A stretch of DNA of 64,000 nt from contig CP170459.1 of NCBI GenBank assembly GCA_047947115.1, positions 5,280,001 to 5,344,000 of the forward strand, read 5' to 3'. The notes under the pieces were generated by a model, which saw nothing but the letters and a program-made list of their open reading frames with translations, did not search any database and was not told the DNA's origin. Source of the DNA: Verrucomicrobiota bacterium. Lineage in GTDB: Bacteria; Verrucomicrobiota; Verrucomicrobiia; Limisphaerales; AAA164-E04. Below are positions 1 through 10,309 of this stretch, piece after piece (position 1 is the stretch's first letter; every line of letters starts with the position of its first letter). A program made the translations under genes and the position numbers.

Positions 1-699
1 CATCGTGGGCGGATCGATCACAAACATGCGAAACAGCACGGCTCGATCCTGACTGACCTGCGTCAGCCACTGGCGCAGTTCGAATTCGTGCAGTGGGTTT
101 TCACCGGGAAGGTAAAGGACATTGAAATAGTGATGGCACAGATAGCCCATGCTGAAAGCCGTTTCCAGGGCGGCTTTGCTTTCCGCCAAAGTTTTACAGA
201 CAACCGTCACCGGAAAAATAATCGACCTGCCCTTGCGCGCAATAAAGACACCTCCCTTTGACGCCTTCAACACTTTCATGGTGGTCGAACCAAATCCACT
301 TTCGGAAGGCCATTGTGACCCCAAAGCCCCCAAAGCGGTGACTTCGGCCTCCTTGATCATTTCAATCAAGGTTTCCATCACGGCACCTCGCACCACTTGA
401 AAAGACCAGGGAATTCGGCGACGTTCGGCCGCCATCTCCAGGGCATTGCGTGCATGGGATGCCATGGCGCGGAAAATGGATTCAATGTCTTTGTGCTTGA
501 AATCGCGTATTTCCGCAGCGGATGTGCCTACTTCACGGGCAACGGAACAGGCGGTAATCCTGAGTAAATGCTCGTCCTCAACAAATACCCCCAACAACTC
601 GGCCCCACGTTGATGGGCGATTTCCACGGCGGCGTCCAGCGCGGCCAGACTCTGCGAAGAGGCGTCCAGCGCGATCAGGATTTGCTTGCGACGGCTCAT
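1..699 (-). CDS. Universal stress protein (USP)-like, 3' end runs off the window
   Basis: Not in the ORF track (no stop inside the window). Hand translation from ATG at 699 gives MSRRKQILIALDASSQSLAALDAAVEIAHQRGAELLGVFVEDEHLL, a typical USP N-terminus. ATGA overlap with the stop of the upstream Lon-like gene. Confidence 0.75.
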   Translation of the reverse strand, partial: MSRRKQILIALDASSQSLAALDAAVEIAHQRGAELLGVFVEDEHLLRITACSVAREVGTSAAEIRDFKHKDIESIFRAMASHARNALEMAAERRRIPWSFQVVRGAVMETLIEMIKEAEVTALGALGSQWPSESGFGSTTMKVLKASKGGVFIARKGRSIIFPVTVVCKTLAESKAALETAFSMGYLCHHYFNVLYLPGENPLHEFELRQWLTQVSQDRAVLFRMFVIDPPTM

Positions 700-3116
700 T
701 TCTTTTCGTCCTTGCCGTCGTTGGCGTGAAAGGCCCTGGATTGCTCGGCAAATTGAACCAATCGTTGTTCCACCCTGCCATTGACGCTGTTCTTGGGAAA
801 TTTGCCGTTGGCGTTGCGCTTGCCGGCGTTGACTCCGGTCAGGATGGCAATCCCCTCGTCCACATGGTTGATAGGGTAAATGTGAAACTGCTTCTGTTTC
901 ACTGCTTCGACTATTTCAGGATGCAACATCAGGTGTTTGACGTTGGCCGCCGGAATCAGCACGCCTTGATCCCCAGTCAACCCTCGTGCTTTGCACAATT
1001 CAAAAAATCCTTCGATTTTCTCATTCACACCGCCAATCGCCTGCACCTCACCCATCTGACTCAATGCGCCGGTGACGGCCAATGACTGTTTGATGGGCAA
1101 TCCGGACAATGCGGATAAGAGAGCGTAAAGTTCCGTACTCGAAGCGCTGTCTCCGTCCACACCATTGTAGGATTGTTCGAAGACAATACTGGCACTCAGA
1201 GAAAGCGGTTTATCGGAAACAAAATGTCCCATCAGATAACCGGACAGGATCATCATGCCCTTGGAATGCAGGGAACCCCCGAGATTCACTTCCCGTTCGA
1301 TATCGATCACTTCCCCTCCCCCCATGCGCACCTGGGCGGTGATTCTTCCGGGATGCCCGAAGGCGTGACCGCCGAGTTGGATGACCGAAAGGCCGTTGAT
1401 CTGGCCGACTTTCTCGCCGTCGGTATCGATAATGAAAGTGCCGCGAAGGGTTTCTTCGCGCCAGCGGGTTTGGATGCGGCTCAGTCGTTGAGTTGCCTGA
1501 ACCATCGCTTTTTCCACGTGTTCGGCTTTCACGACTTTTGAGGCGCCCTGCTTGGCCCAGTAATTGGATTCCTCCAGCAAATCGGCAATGGAACGGATCT
1601 CCATGGTCAATTTCTCGGCATCTTCCGCATGTCGTGAGCTGAATTCAATCACGCGCGCCACGGCCCCCTTGTCGAAATGCATGAGGGCGGCTTTTCTTAC
1701 CAAAGTGGCGATCAGGCGGGCATATAACATGACGTTCTTGGGTGAACGGTCCATTTGATCCTCGAAATCAACCGCCACTTTAAAGAACTTGGAAAACTCC
1801 GGATCCAGTTCATGCAGCATGTAGTAAAGCATGCGATCCCCGACCAGCACGACCTTGATATCCAGGGGCAGCGGTTCGGGTTCCAGGGAGACGGTGCTGA
1901 CCAGACTGAGCGATTGTCCGAGTGATTCGATTCTGATTTCGCGTGAGCGCAGGCAGCGTTTGAGCGAGTCCCAGGCGAACGGCTGCATGAGCACCTGCAT
2001 GGCATCGATCACGAGGTACCCCCCGTTGGCCAGATGGAGCATCCCCGGTTTGATCAGGGTAAAATCGGTCAACAAGGTCCCCATGTGGGATACGTGCTCC
2101 ACACGTCCCAGGAGGTTGTTGTAGCAGGGATTGTCTTCATAGAGAACCGGCGTCCCCTTGGTGGCGCCATGATCCACAAGCACATTGACACGGTATCGCA
2201 CCATGGATGCTGCCTGCATTTCCTCGGTGGGCATGTTACCCGGTCCCTGCCCGGGGCCCTCTTTGGAGAGGAACAAATCCTCAGCGTATTCAACGACATC
2301 CTCCAACACTTTGTTGAGGTAATCCTGCACGTTTTCCAAATCGGCATATTCATGCCTCAGATCCTCAACCAAGCCCAAAACGGCAGCCTTGGTGACAGCG
2401 CGGTTCAATTCCTTCACTTTGCGCTGAATGGAACGCCGGATGCGGGGAATCTGGTGTATGATTTTTTCAATATCCGCCTGCAGGGTCGTGATGTCCTTCT
2501 GGATGCGCTTGCGATCTTTCTCCGGCAGTTTCCGGAAAGAGTCTTGATCCAGAATTTCACCGTCCAGTGTGGGTGAAAGAGCGATCCCACTCGGAGTTTG
2601 GATCAAGGTGATGCTGCGCTTTTTGGCGCGCTTTTTAACGGCATCCAAAGCCTTGTCCTGCTGTTCGGAAACCTCATGCTCGATTTCCTGGCGACGCATG
2701 CGGTACTTGTCGTTTTCGAAGGCGGCCGGAATGGAATTGCGCAGGTCCTCCACCAGACGCTCCATGTCTTCCGCCAACTTGCGCCCCCTGCCCGCCGGCA
2801 ATTTCAGCAACCGCGGTTTGTAGGAATCGATAAAATTGTTCACATAACACCAGTCGGAAGGCACTGGTTTGTTTTTCGCCAGGCGGTTCAAATAATCCTG
2901 AACCACTGAATGCCGTCCGTAACCGGAAGGGCCCAGCACAAAGAGATTGTAACCTTCGGATCCGATTTCGACACCAAACTTCAGGGCCTCCACGGCGCGA
3001 TCCTGGCCGATCACATTCTGGACAGGCTTGAGATCTTTGGTGGTCCGAAAGGAAAGATCCTTCAAGGCGCATCGGTTGGCAAGTTGATTGGGTTTGAGAG
3101 GTGTAACGCGACTCAT
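696..3116 (-). CDS. Lon protease family protein (LonC/AAA_32 type)
   Basis: IGQDRAVEAL start, GPSGYGRHS P-loop, coiled-coil insert, IKPGMLHLANGGYL, C-terminal DGDSASS (Ser) and IGGVNEKIEG (Lys) dyad. Confidence 0.9.
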   Translation of the reverse strand: MSRVTPLKPNQLANRCALKDLSFRTTKDLKPVQNVIGQDRAVEALKFGVEIGSEGYNLFVLGPSGYGRHSVVQDYLNRLAKNKPVPSDWCYVNNFIDSYKPRLLKLPAGRGRKLAEDMERLVEDLRNSIPAAFENDKYRMRRQEIEHEVSEQQDKALDAVKKRAKKRSITLIQTPSGIALSPTLDGEILDQDSFRKLPEKDRKRIQKDITTLQADIEKIIHQIPRIRRSIQRKVKELNRAVTKAAVLGLVEDLRHEYADLENVQDYLNKVLEDVVEYAEDLFLSKEGPGQGPGNMPTEEMQAASMVRYRVNVLVDHGATKGTPVLYEDNPCYNNLLGRVEHVSHMGTLLTDFTLIKPGMLHLANGGYLVIDAMQVLMQPFAWDSLKRCLRSREIRIESLGQSLSLVSTVSLEPEPLPLDIKVVLVGDRMLYYMLHELDPEFSKFFKVAVDFEDQMDRSPKNVMLYARLIATLVRKAALMHFDKGAVARVIEFSSRHAEDAEKLTMEIRSIADLLEESNYWAKQGASKVVKAEHVEKAMVQATQRLSRIQTRWREETLRGTFIIDTDGEKVGQINGLSVIQLGGHAFGHPGRITAQVRMGGGEVIDIEREVNLGGSLHSKGMMILSGYLMGHFVSDKPLSLSASIVFEQSYNGVDGDSASSTELYALLSALSGLPIKQSLAVTGALSQMGEVQAIGGVNEKIEGFFELCKARGLTGDQGVLIPAANVKHLMLHPEIVEAVKQKQFHIYPINHVDEGIAILTGVNAGKRNANGKFPKNSVNGRVEQRLVQFAEQSRAFHANDGKDEKK

Positions 3117-3138
3117 GTCGTTTGATTAAAAATGAAAA

Positions 3139-4086
3139 CTATTTCGTGAAAAATTGACGTTGTTGGTCGGATATTTCCATGCCCATGAATTCCATCACTT
3201 TGAGCATGTCTTCCCATACCTGCCGTTTGATGGCTTTGGCAGGATTTCGCAATACATAAGATGGGTGGTAGGTCGGCATGACCGGAATGCCCCTGAAATC
3301 CTGAAAATTCCCACGCATTCTAGTAATGCCCTTGATCGATTTCCCCAACAAACCTTCCACGGCAGTGGTTCCAAGGGCGATGAGCACTTTGGGGCGGATC
3401 AATTTGATTTGATCCATCAGATAGGGCCAGCAGGTCTGCATTTCCATCGGGGTCGGCTTGCGGTTTCCGAAGGACTTTCCGGGGGTGTCGGGACGACATT
3501 TCAGCACGTTCCCAATGTAAACCGTATCCCGCGACAACCCCATTGTCTCGATGATCCGGGTCAGCAATTGACCGGCTTTGCCCACGAACGGTTCGCCCTG
3601 ACGGTCCTCGTCCATGCCCGGAGCTTCTCCCACAAACATCAGTTCGGCATGCACACTTCCCACCCCGAAAACAACCTGCGTCCGGGACTGCGCCAGGTGG
3701 CTGCAGCGGGTGCATGCCAAAACCTGCTCCCGCAGTTTGGCCATGGCCGACTCTCTCTGAGCCCCTTCCAATACAGGCCAATCCTCCACCCGCCCGATCA
3801 GATCCGTCACGTCGGGTTGGGCGACCGGTTCCGCAACGGCACCTCGAACCTCTTCACGCGTCTGTGGTGAAGGTGTGGAATCAAAAATCGGCTTTTGGAT
3901 ACGTGCCGGAGCGGAAGGCTTTGAAGTTTGCGAAAGCCCGCGGGCAGCGGCTGCACGTGACCGATACATTTCCCGAAGCACATCCATCGAATCGGCGGAG
4001 ACATCAATCGTCGTCCGCCCTTCCGATTTCAAGGCTTCCAAATGTTCAATGGTAACATCCAGCAGCTGTTCAAACGCATAGGCCAT
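3139..4086 (-). CDS. Uracil-DNA glycosylase, family 4, with N-terminal extension
   Basis: CTRC, MFVGEAPG..ED.QGEPFVG.AG, NVLKCRP and PTYHPS motifs. Confidence 0.92.
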   Translation of the reverse strand: MAYAFEQLLDVTIEHLEALKSEGRTTIDVSADSMDVLREMYRSRAAAARGLSQTSKPSAPARIQKPIFDSTPSPQTREEVRGAVAEPVAQPDVTDLIGRVEDWPVLEGAQRESAMAKLREQVLACTRCSHLAQSRTQVVFGVGSVHAELMFVGEAPGMDEDRQGEPFVGKAGQLLTRIIETMGLSRDTVYIGNVLKCRPDTPGKSFGNRKPTPMEMQTCWPYLMDQIKLIRPKVLIALGTTAVEGLLGKSIKGITRMRGNFQDFRGIPVMPTYHPSYVLRNPAKAIKRQVWEDMLKVMEFMGMEISDQQRQFFTK

Positions 4087-4103
4087 ATCGTATCAGCTAT
4101 CGC

Positions 4104-5558
4104 CTATCCCGTTGGGGAATCACCGTGGTATTCGATGCGCAAAATCTGGGTATCACTGTTGTCGGACCATTGGGTACCCCACTGAATGACATACAGGCAT
4201 CCGTCCGGCCCCAGTTCCATGTCCATCGGACGCAGGAATGTCATCCCTGGCAGGAAGCGATGAAGGTCCTTGCGTGGATTGGCAATCTTTTCGTCCTCGT
4301 CCAGTTTGACCGCAATGATCCAGTTTCTGGACCATTCGTAGATGAACAGATGATGATCAAAAACTGCCGGGAGCTTGTGAGGTGACTTCAGGTCATCTTC
4401 ATGATAGTAAACCGGCCCGGCCATGGCTGTACGTCCTCCTCCAGCGTTCACAGCTGGAAAACGTGCCGACAGGGAATGAGGATAGTAGATGAAAGCAGAT
4501 TGCGCCGGCGGCAGTTCCTTGCCTCCGGTGTTGTTGGGGGAAGCGTTGATCGGTTTGGCGGGATCCCATTTTTCCAGGGATTTCTTGTTCGCAAAATCAT
4601 AACGCGTATAAGCCTTGTTGTTCGCAATGAAGTAAGGCCAACCGAAGAAACCTGCCGTCCGTGCTTGATTAATCTCATCAAATCCCGCAGGTCCACGATC
4701 AGGATTAATGCTTCCCGCATCCGGCCCCACTTCTCCCCAGTACAGATAACCCGTGCGGGGATCGACGGAGATACGGTATGGATTGCGATTGCCCATCACA
4801 TAGATTTCCGGACGTCCCTGGCTTCCATCTTTGGGAAACAGGTTTCCGGCAGGAATCTCAACCGTACCATCAGCCAAAGGACGAACGCGTAGAATTTTTC
4901 CACGCAGGTCGTTCATGTTGGCGGATGATTTCTGGGCATCCCAAGGCGAGCGACCTTCCTGTTCGTCGCTGGGACTGAAACCGTCTGATGCGAACGGATT
5001 GGTATTATCGCCCACCGACGCATAAAGGTTTCCAGCGGCATCGAAATTCAACGAACCACCGGAATGACAGCATTCCTTACGTTGGGTTTTGATACGTATC
5101 AGGGTCTTCTGACTGGATAGATCCAACTGGTCATCCTTGATGGTGAATCGGGAAACATGGTTCTCTTCCTGATCGGGGGGCGAATGGAAAAGATAAATCC
5201 ACCCGTTGTCCTCGAAATTAGGATCCAGTGTCATCCCCAGCAAACCATCCTCCAACCCGGTGAACACGTCCACCTTGCCGACTGTTTTCACTTCACCGGA
5301 CTTGGGGTCCAGGTATTTGACGAATCCACGCCGTTCGGCAAAGAACACCCGTCCGTCTTTGGCGACGGAGAGTTCCATTGGATCCACCATCCCGTTGGGA
5401 TCTTTGGTCGGGTTCTCAGCCAGCACAACGCGCTTGAATGCGGACTCCGGAGGGTATTCAAGATCGGCGCCATGAACCGCACCGGAAAGGATCCCCCCGC
5501 AAACAATAAGTAGAAGCTTGGATTTCATTTTCATATTGAGTTTTTCTGATATTACCAA
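4104..5558 (-). CDS. Secreted PQQ-dependent sugar dehydrogenase (GSDH-like beta-propeller)
   Basis: Signal peptide; CCHSGG, DLRGKILR, MGNRNPYR and GPDGCLY motifs. True start may be the Met at 5534 or 5528. Confidence 0.8.
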   Translation of the reverse strand: MVISEKLNMKMKSKLLLIVCGGILSGAVHGADLEYPPESAFKRVVLAENPTKDPNGMVDPMELSVAKDGRVFFAERRGFVKYLDPKSGEVKTVGKVDVFTGLEDGLLGMTLDPNFEDNGWIYLFHSPPDQEENHVSRFTIKDDQLDLSSQKTLIRIKTQRKECCHSGGSLNFDAAGNLYASVGDNTNPFASDGFSPSDEQEGRSPWDAQKSSANMNDLRGKILRVRPLADGTVEIPAGNLFPKDGSQGRPEIYVMGNRNPYRISVDPRTGYLYWGEVGPDAGSINPDRGPAGFDEINQARTAGFFGWPYFIANNKAYTRYDFANKKSLEKWDPAKPINASPNNTGGKELPPAQSAFIYYPHSLSARFPAVNAGGGRTAMAGPVYYHEDDLKSPHKLPAVFDHHLFIYEWSRNWIIAVKLDEDEKIANPRKDLHRFLPGMTFLRPMDMELGPDGCLYVIQWGTQWSDNSDTQILRIEYHGDSPTG

Positions 5559-5580
5559 ATTCGAAAGGTTGACGATCGGG

Positions 5581-7638
5581 TTATCCGATCAATTTCTGAG
5601 CTTCCTCAGCCATCTTGTCGGCAGTCAAACCATGGCGCTGATAGAGGTGTTCGGCCACGTAGGCGGATTGACCGAATTCTCCTTCGATTCCCAGACTGGA
5701 AACCCGATGAGCGATGCCGGCACGAGAAAGAGCATGCGACAACTGGGACCCCATTCCGCAACTGACCTGATGATCCTCGATGGTCACCACGCGACCTTGA
5801 GCGGCTTGCACCAAAGGAGCAATGGTATCGAGATCGACCCGATTGACGAAAGGATTGCTGATCACGGTGGCATTGACACCTTTTTGAGCCAGCAACTCAC
5901 CGGCTTGGACCGCCTTGCTCAACAAGGGGCCGCAACCCACCAGGACCACATCCGAACCCTCACGAATCACCTGAGCCTTGCCCCATGGATAGGAAGCTCC
6001 TTCGATCCAGTGTATCGGATAATTCTCACGACCGACAAAGAAAATGTAATTTTCACCATCCTTGCCCGCCTTGCGATCTTCAGCATAGCGTTTGATTGCC
6101 TCATACATGAGAGCATCCGCTTCGCCGGCACAGGATGGAGCAATAGCCACGGTATGAGGAATGGCGCTGACTGCGGCAAAATAAGTTGTGGCCTGATGAC
6201 TGGCTCCGTCGGCGGCGTCCTGGAAACCGACGTGTGAGAAAATAGCGATCACTGGGGCTTGTGAAAGCGCAGCCATGGTCAAAGGCAGATTCCCCTTGGT
6301 GACCCCAAACTGACCGAACGTATCCACAATCGGGATATAACCCGCCTTGGCGTAACCGGTCCCCACACTGACCATGTTGGCTTCCGCAATCCCGACTTCA
6401 ACAAAACGATCCGGAAAACTACTCTGGAAAGCGGCAATACCGGTGGAACCTTGCACGTCACAAGAAACAGAATACACCGGATACCCATCCTGCGCGGCAC
6501 GAATGGCGGCATCCGCAAGACCACCCTGAATTTTGCCTTTCTTGACAGCAGGAGCACTGCTGGCAGGGGCGGCTGCCTTGGCGGCCGTGTCGGCTTCCCA
6601 TTTGACGCGCAATTCATTGGCCCACGTCAGCATTTCCTCAGGAGCTTCGCCGCCGTAGATTTCATTAACAAAGTCGACGATCTTCTCGCCGCCTTTCAAC
6701 GGGAACCCATGACCGCCACTGGCGTTTTCCTCGGTGGATTTGACGCCGTAACCTTTGATGGTTTTCACCCGGACCAGGACAGGCTTGGTAGAGTCTGCCT
6801 TCGCAGATTGCACGGCGGATTCGATCGACTGGTAAACAGTCTGAAGATCATGTCCCTGTTCAACATCAATGACCTTCCACCCAAGAGTGGCCATGGCATC
6901 GAAGGACGGTCCCATGTCAAATGAGTCGGCCGGGATGCGGCCGGAAAGTTTGGTTTGATTGTCCGAAAGCACCATCACGAACGGATTCACCCGTCCTTTG
7001 GCGGCCAGACCGGGTATCGCGGAAAAAGCTTCCTTGGCTTCCCCTTCCATGGAAGCTCCGTCGGAAATCACCAGCACGGTCACGCGATCATTGCCAGCCG
7101 TTTTGTCGGCCATGGCGAGCCCCTGACATTGTCCAACGGCCGAACTCAACGGGCCGTTGCTCAAAAGAACGCCTTCGGGGTTCAAGTGAGATTCACCGTG
7201 ACCGGTCAACTTGCTTTCGATACTGCGAAAACCACGCAGATCCTCAAAAGTCATGCCATCGAACCCAAGGTTGGCGCGCAGGGCATAAACCCCGTTTTCG
7301 GTGTGACCGGCGTCATTGACGAAATTATAAGCCTCATACCAGGGACGATCCCCGGACGCAAAGATCAGGCCATGAACAGATGCCATAATCTCAGCCAAAG
7401 CGGCAGGACCACCCCAGTGACAGGCAGCACCACCGTTGACGGCGTGCACATTCATCAAGCCTACCAAAGCGCGGGTAGCATTGGGATCCCCCAACACAAC
7501 TTCTTCGCCTGCAATATTTTTGACTTTCGCAGCATATTTAGGTGCTTGCGCAGGATTACCTGCCAAACGGCTTTTCAAGGTCAGCGGCGTCAAAGCCGGA
7601 GCTTCCAACGGTTTTGCATCAATTGGTTCGGATCCCAT
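5581..7638 (-). CDS. Transketolase-family ThDP enzyme (single chain)
   Basis: ACHWGG, DAGH, LTGHGE, SDGASMEG...DN ThDP motif, EVGIAEANM, DGASHQ, TIEDHQ. Confidence 0.85.
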   Translation of the reverse strand: MGSEPIDAKPLEAPALTPLTLKSRLAGNPAQAPKYAAKVKNIAGEEVVLGDPNATRALVGLMNVHAVNGGAACHWGGPAALAEIMASVHGLIFASGDRPWYEAYNFVNDAGHTENGVYALRANLGFDGMTFEDLRGFRSIESKLTGHGESHLNPEGVLLSNGPLSSAVGQCQGLAMADKTAGNDRVTVLVISDGASMEGEAKEAFSAIPGLAAKGRVNPFVMVLSDNQTKLSGRIPADSFDMGPSFDAMATLGWKVIDVEQGHDLQTVYQSIESAVQSAKADSTKPVLVRVKTIKGYGVKSTEENASGGHGFPLKGGEKIVDFVNEIYGGEAPEEMLTWANELRVKWEADTAAKAAAPASSAPAVKKGKIQGGLADAAIRAAQDGYPVYSVSCDVQGSTGIAAFQSSFPDRFVEVGIAEANMVSVGTGYAKAGYIPIVDTFGQFGVTKGNLPLTMAALSQAPVIAIFSHVGFQDAADGASHQATTYFAAVSAIPHTVAIAPSCAGEADALMYEAIKRYAEDRKAGKDGENYIFFVGRENYPIHWIEGASYPWGKAQVIREGSDVVLVGCGPLLSKAVQAGELLAQKGVNATVISNPFVNRVDLDTIAPLVQAAQGRVVTIEDHQVSCGMGSQLSHALSRAGIAHRVSSLGIEGEFGQSAYVAEHLYQRHGLTADKMAEEAQKLIG

Positions 7639-7732
7639 AAATCAAATTCGTTCGTTTTCTTATTTCAATGTCAACTTGAAGCGGAAACTGTAATGACCAA
7701 AGCGAAAATGTGAAGGAAAGAATTCAGGACGC

Positions 7733-8095
7733 TTAATTTGGGTTTTGGAAGAAAACATAGCTCGTGGAGTAATCACTGAACTCGAAGTAAACATTCTTCT
7801 CCCCCTCATCCACCTTGAAATTGAAATTCAAGTCTGCCACCCCATATCCATATCGATAAGGGCGCGGCAGAGGATTGCCCTGTGTGGACTCGGCCGTGGT
7901 CAACTTGTCAATCCGGATAAAACGATGCACCAGCTTGTCACCTGCATAGATCTCCAGCACCCCATCGGTCCCGGTCCAATTCTGAACCGCTCGACTGATT
8001 TTGTTCTGGGTCTCCTGCGTACACCCGACCAAACAGATGGCAAGCAAGAAAAAACACCCGACTCCAAACACTTTATAGATCCAATGTTTATCCAT
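7733..8095 (-). CDS. Hypothetical lipoprotein
   Basis: Hydrophobic N-terminus with lipobox LVGC; 120 aa. Confidence 0.65.
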   Translation of the reverse strand: MDKHWIYKVFGVGCFFLLAICLVGCTQETQNKISRAVQNWTGTDGVLEIYAGDKLVHRFIRIDKLTTAESTQGNPLPRPYRYGYGVADLNFNFKVDEGEKNVYFEFSDYSTSYVFFQNPN

Positions 8096-8153
8096 AGAAC
8101 TCCAACCTGACTCGGATGAAAGAGCCTGTCAAAAATAATGAATATGACCACCT

Positions 8154-8227
8154 GTAGCCGCGTTTGCCAAAACGTGGCCCGCCTTCTTGGGCAATGGCTA
8201 AGTAACCGCGTTTGCAAAAACGTGGCC
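8154..8227. repeat. Two direct copies of a 26-bp GTAG-type REP-like palindrome
   Basis: GTAGCCGCGTTTGCCAAAACGTGGCC (8154-8179) and GTAACCGCGTTTGCAAAAACGTGGCC (8202-8227). Confidence 0.7.
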
Positions 8228-8298
8228 TGACATACATAATGATCCATAATGCCCCCTCCCCCCCCAAGGCCAAGGCAATCTACTGAAGAGGGCAACTT

Positions 8299-8510
8299 CA
8301 GGTAGAACGTGCCGTCCCTGGCGCGTCCCTCATGGTGTCCGAACTGGTATCACCTCCCGCTTGGGGAAGCCTTCAGCTCTCCGAGCCCCACAGCCTGACC
8401 AATGTAAACGCAAAGAGGATTTGTCGTTCATGTGCGAATGGCTTTCCCTTCAGCAACATTCTGGAGCATGCAGGCCACAAGGGGCGGACCGGGACGGTCC
8501 GATCTACCTG
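8299..8510. repeat. REP doublet (REPIN-like), same family as 41137-41664
   Basis: Left end CAGGTAGAACGTGCCGTCCCTGGCGCGTC and right end TCCGATCTACCTG are near-identical to the ends of the units at 41.1-41.5 kb. Confidence 0.75.
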
Positions 8511-8594
8511 CAGCATCCCTATGCATTATCACCTCCACCCGATAACTTCATCGACAGACGGTGAATTTTCGCTAACCTCATAAAAAATTAAATT

Positions 8595-8879
8595 ATGGCC
8601 AAAGGAGAAGTCAGTTGGAAAGGCACGTTCGAAGACGGCAGGAAACGCCAGGTCTATGCCAAAAAAGTGGGAAATGACTGGCGTTTCTACGAGCGCGAAA
8701 AACGCTATGACGAATGGGATCCACTGCCCAAACCTCCCTTTGACGACTGGATGCAACTGATGGATGGCGTCGACCGTCGCGTCAGCCGTCGCCTGCTTCA
8801 ACCACAGGATGCCCAAAAACTCAGACAAAAGATCAAGGAACTTTATCCCGAGGCAGACGTGCCCAAGTGGAAAGCCTGA
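8595..8879 (+). CDS. Hypothetical protein (94 aa)
   Basis: ATG after an A-rich leader, protein-like composition, fills the intergenic space. Confidence 0.7.
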   Translation: MAKGEVSWKGTFEDGRKRQVYAKKVGNDWRFYEREKRYDEWDPLPKPPFDDWMQLMDGVDRRVSRRLLQPQDAQKLRQKIKELYPEADVPKWKA

Positions 8880-8934
8880 TCCCCTGAACATGCCCGGCAT
8901 CCCTAATCCTACAGGATGCCCCCCTTTTTAAAAA

Positions 8935-9948
8935 GTGCCAGTCAGATCACCAAAAATCTCGGTCATCCTTCCGGTTTACAACGCTGAATCCACCATTCTG
9001 ACCGCTGTTGACTCCATCCTGAACGGACATTTCAAACAAATTGAAGTCATTGTTGCCGACGACGGATCGAGCGATCGAACCCTTCAGAAACTTGAGACCA
9101 TCCGGGATCCGCGTCTCCGTATCCTGAAAGGAACCCACCAGGGAGTTGCCGCAACGGCCAACCGCGCGGCATCTGAAGCCCAGGCCGAATGGGTGGCCAG
9201 AATGGATGCGGATGACATTGCGCACTCCCATCGACTCAAAAGCCAATGGCAATACGCTCAACGAACCGGATGCAACCTGGTCAGTGGTTGGATCCGCATT
9301 GTGGACTTGAAGGGAAAGCCGGTGAAAAACATGCAGCGTTATGAAAACTGGCTGAACAGCCTCACCCACCATGAACGCATCATGGCCAGCCGTTTCATCG
9401 AACTACCCCTGCCCAATCCGAGCATCCTGGCCAAGCGATCCTTTTTCCTAAACGGATGTCACAAAGGCCCATTCCCCGAGGACTATGATCATTGGTTGAC
9501 CATCCTCTCGAAACCCCAAGTCCAAGCAGGCAAAGTAAGATCCACCATCCTTGACTGGCGCGATCACCCAAGAAGCCTGACCCGGAGCGATCGACGTTAT
9601 AGCGAACAAGCCTTCACCGACTGCAAACGAACCCACCTGCTCAAAGGCCCTTTGAAGCGAAGAAAAAAAGTGGCGCTCTGGGGAGCCGGACAAACAGGCA
9701 AACCATGGTTGCGATGGCTCCTGGAAGAGGGGTTCCATGTTCCATACGTCGTGGATGTCTCCCCAAAGAAGATCGGACAAACCATCCACGGCGTGACCGT
9801 CATCGCACCGGAAGAACTCCCCTCCCCATCCAAAAGCAATCCCACCCTATTGGGAGCCGTCGGAGCGGCAGGAGCGCGAGAGCAGATCAAAACTTTCCTG
9901 AACTCCAGGGGATATGATGCGGATTCGGACATCCTCTTTGTGGCTTGA
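8935..9948 (+). CDS. Glycosyltransferase family 2 with C-terminal Rossmann-like domain
   Basis: ISVILPVYNA, ADDGSSD, RMDADD, PEDYD; C-terminal LWGAGQTG. Confidence 0.9.
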   Translation: MPVRSPKISVILPVYNAESTILTAVDSILNGHFKQIEVIVADDGSSDRTLQKLETIRDPRLRILKGTHQGVAATANRAASEAQAEWVARMDADDIAHSHRLKSQWQYAQRTGCNLVSGWIRIVDLKGKPVKNMQRYENWLNSLTHHERIMASRFIELPLPNPSILAKRSFFLNGCHKGPFPEDYDHWLTILSKPQVQAGKVRSTILDWRDHPRSLTRSDRRYSEQAFTDCKRTHLLKGPLKRRKKVALWGAGQTGKPWLRWLLEEGFHVPYVVDVSPKKIGQTIHGVTVIAPEELPSPSKSNPTLLGAVGAAGAREQIKTFLNSRGYDADSDILFVA

Positions 9949-10309
9949 CCTCATTGAAAACAATTAACGTTTCAACATCCCGATGATCCATTTTGCTCGT
10001 GAGCTGACCAGTGGATCTTTGACTTTTGTCGCAGCCTGTAGAGCAGGCAACACCTGTCCGTTATGTTTCCCGAAGCTCATCAATGCCGTGATGGCTTTCT
10101 GGCGATGTGCTGTTGAAGGATGATCCAGAAATCACACCACCGATCATACCACAAATTAAAAACCATTTCATCAGCATTCATCTTGCTGATTAAACGCCGT
10201 TTTCAAATTTTTTATAACTTAATAAAACCTATTTTATATTTTTTTTATTTACTTTAATCCTACTTTTTCAATTGACATTAAGTTTCCAAACAAACAAGTT
10301 CCACGAAAT

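Noticed and set aside
5518..7713. Long plus-strand ORFs opposite the transketolase (and similar shadows elsewhere, e.g. 3154..3870, 32369..33208)
   Set aside because: They are antisense or alternate-frame shadows of well-supported genes, with no recognisable motifs.
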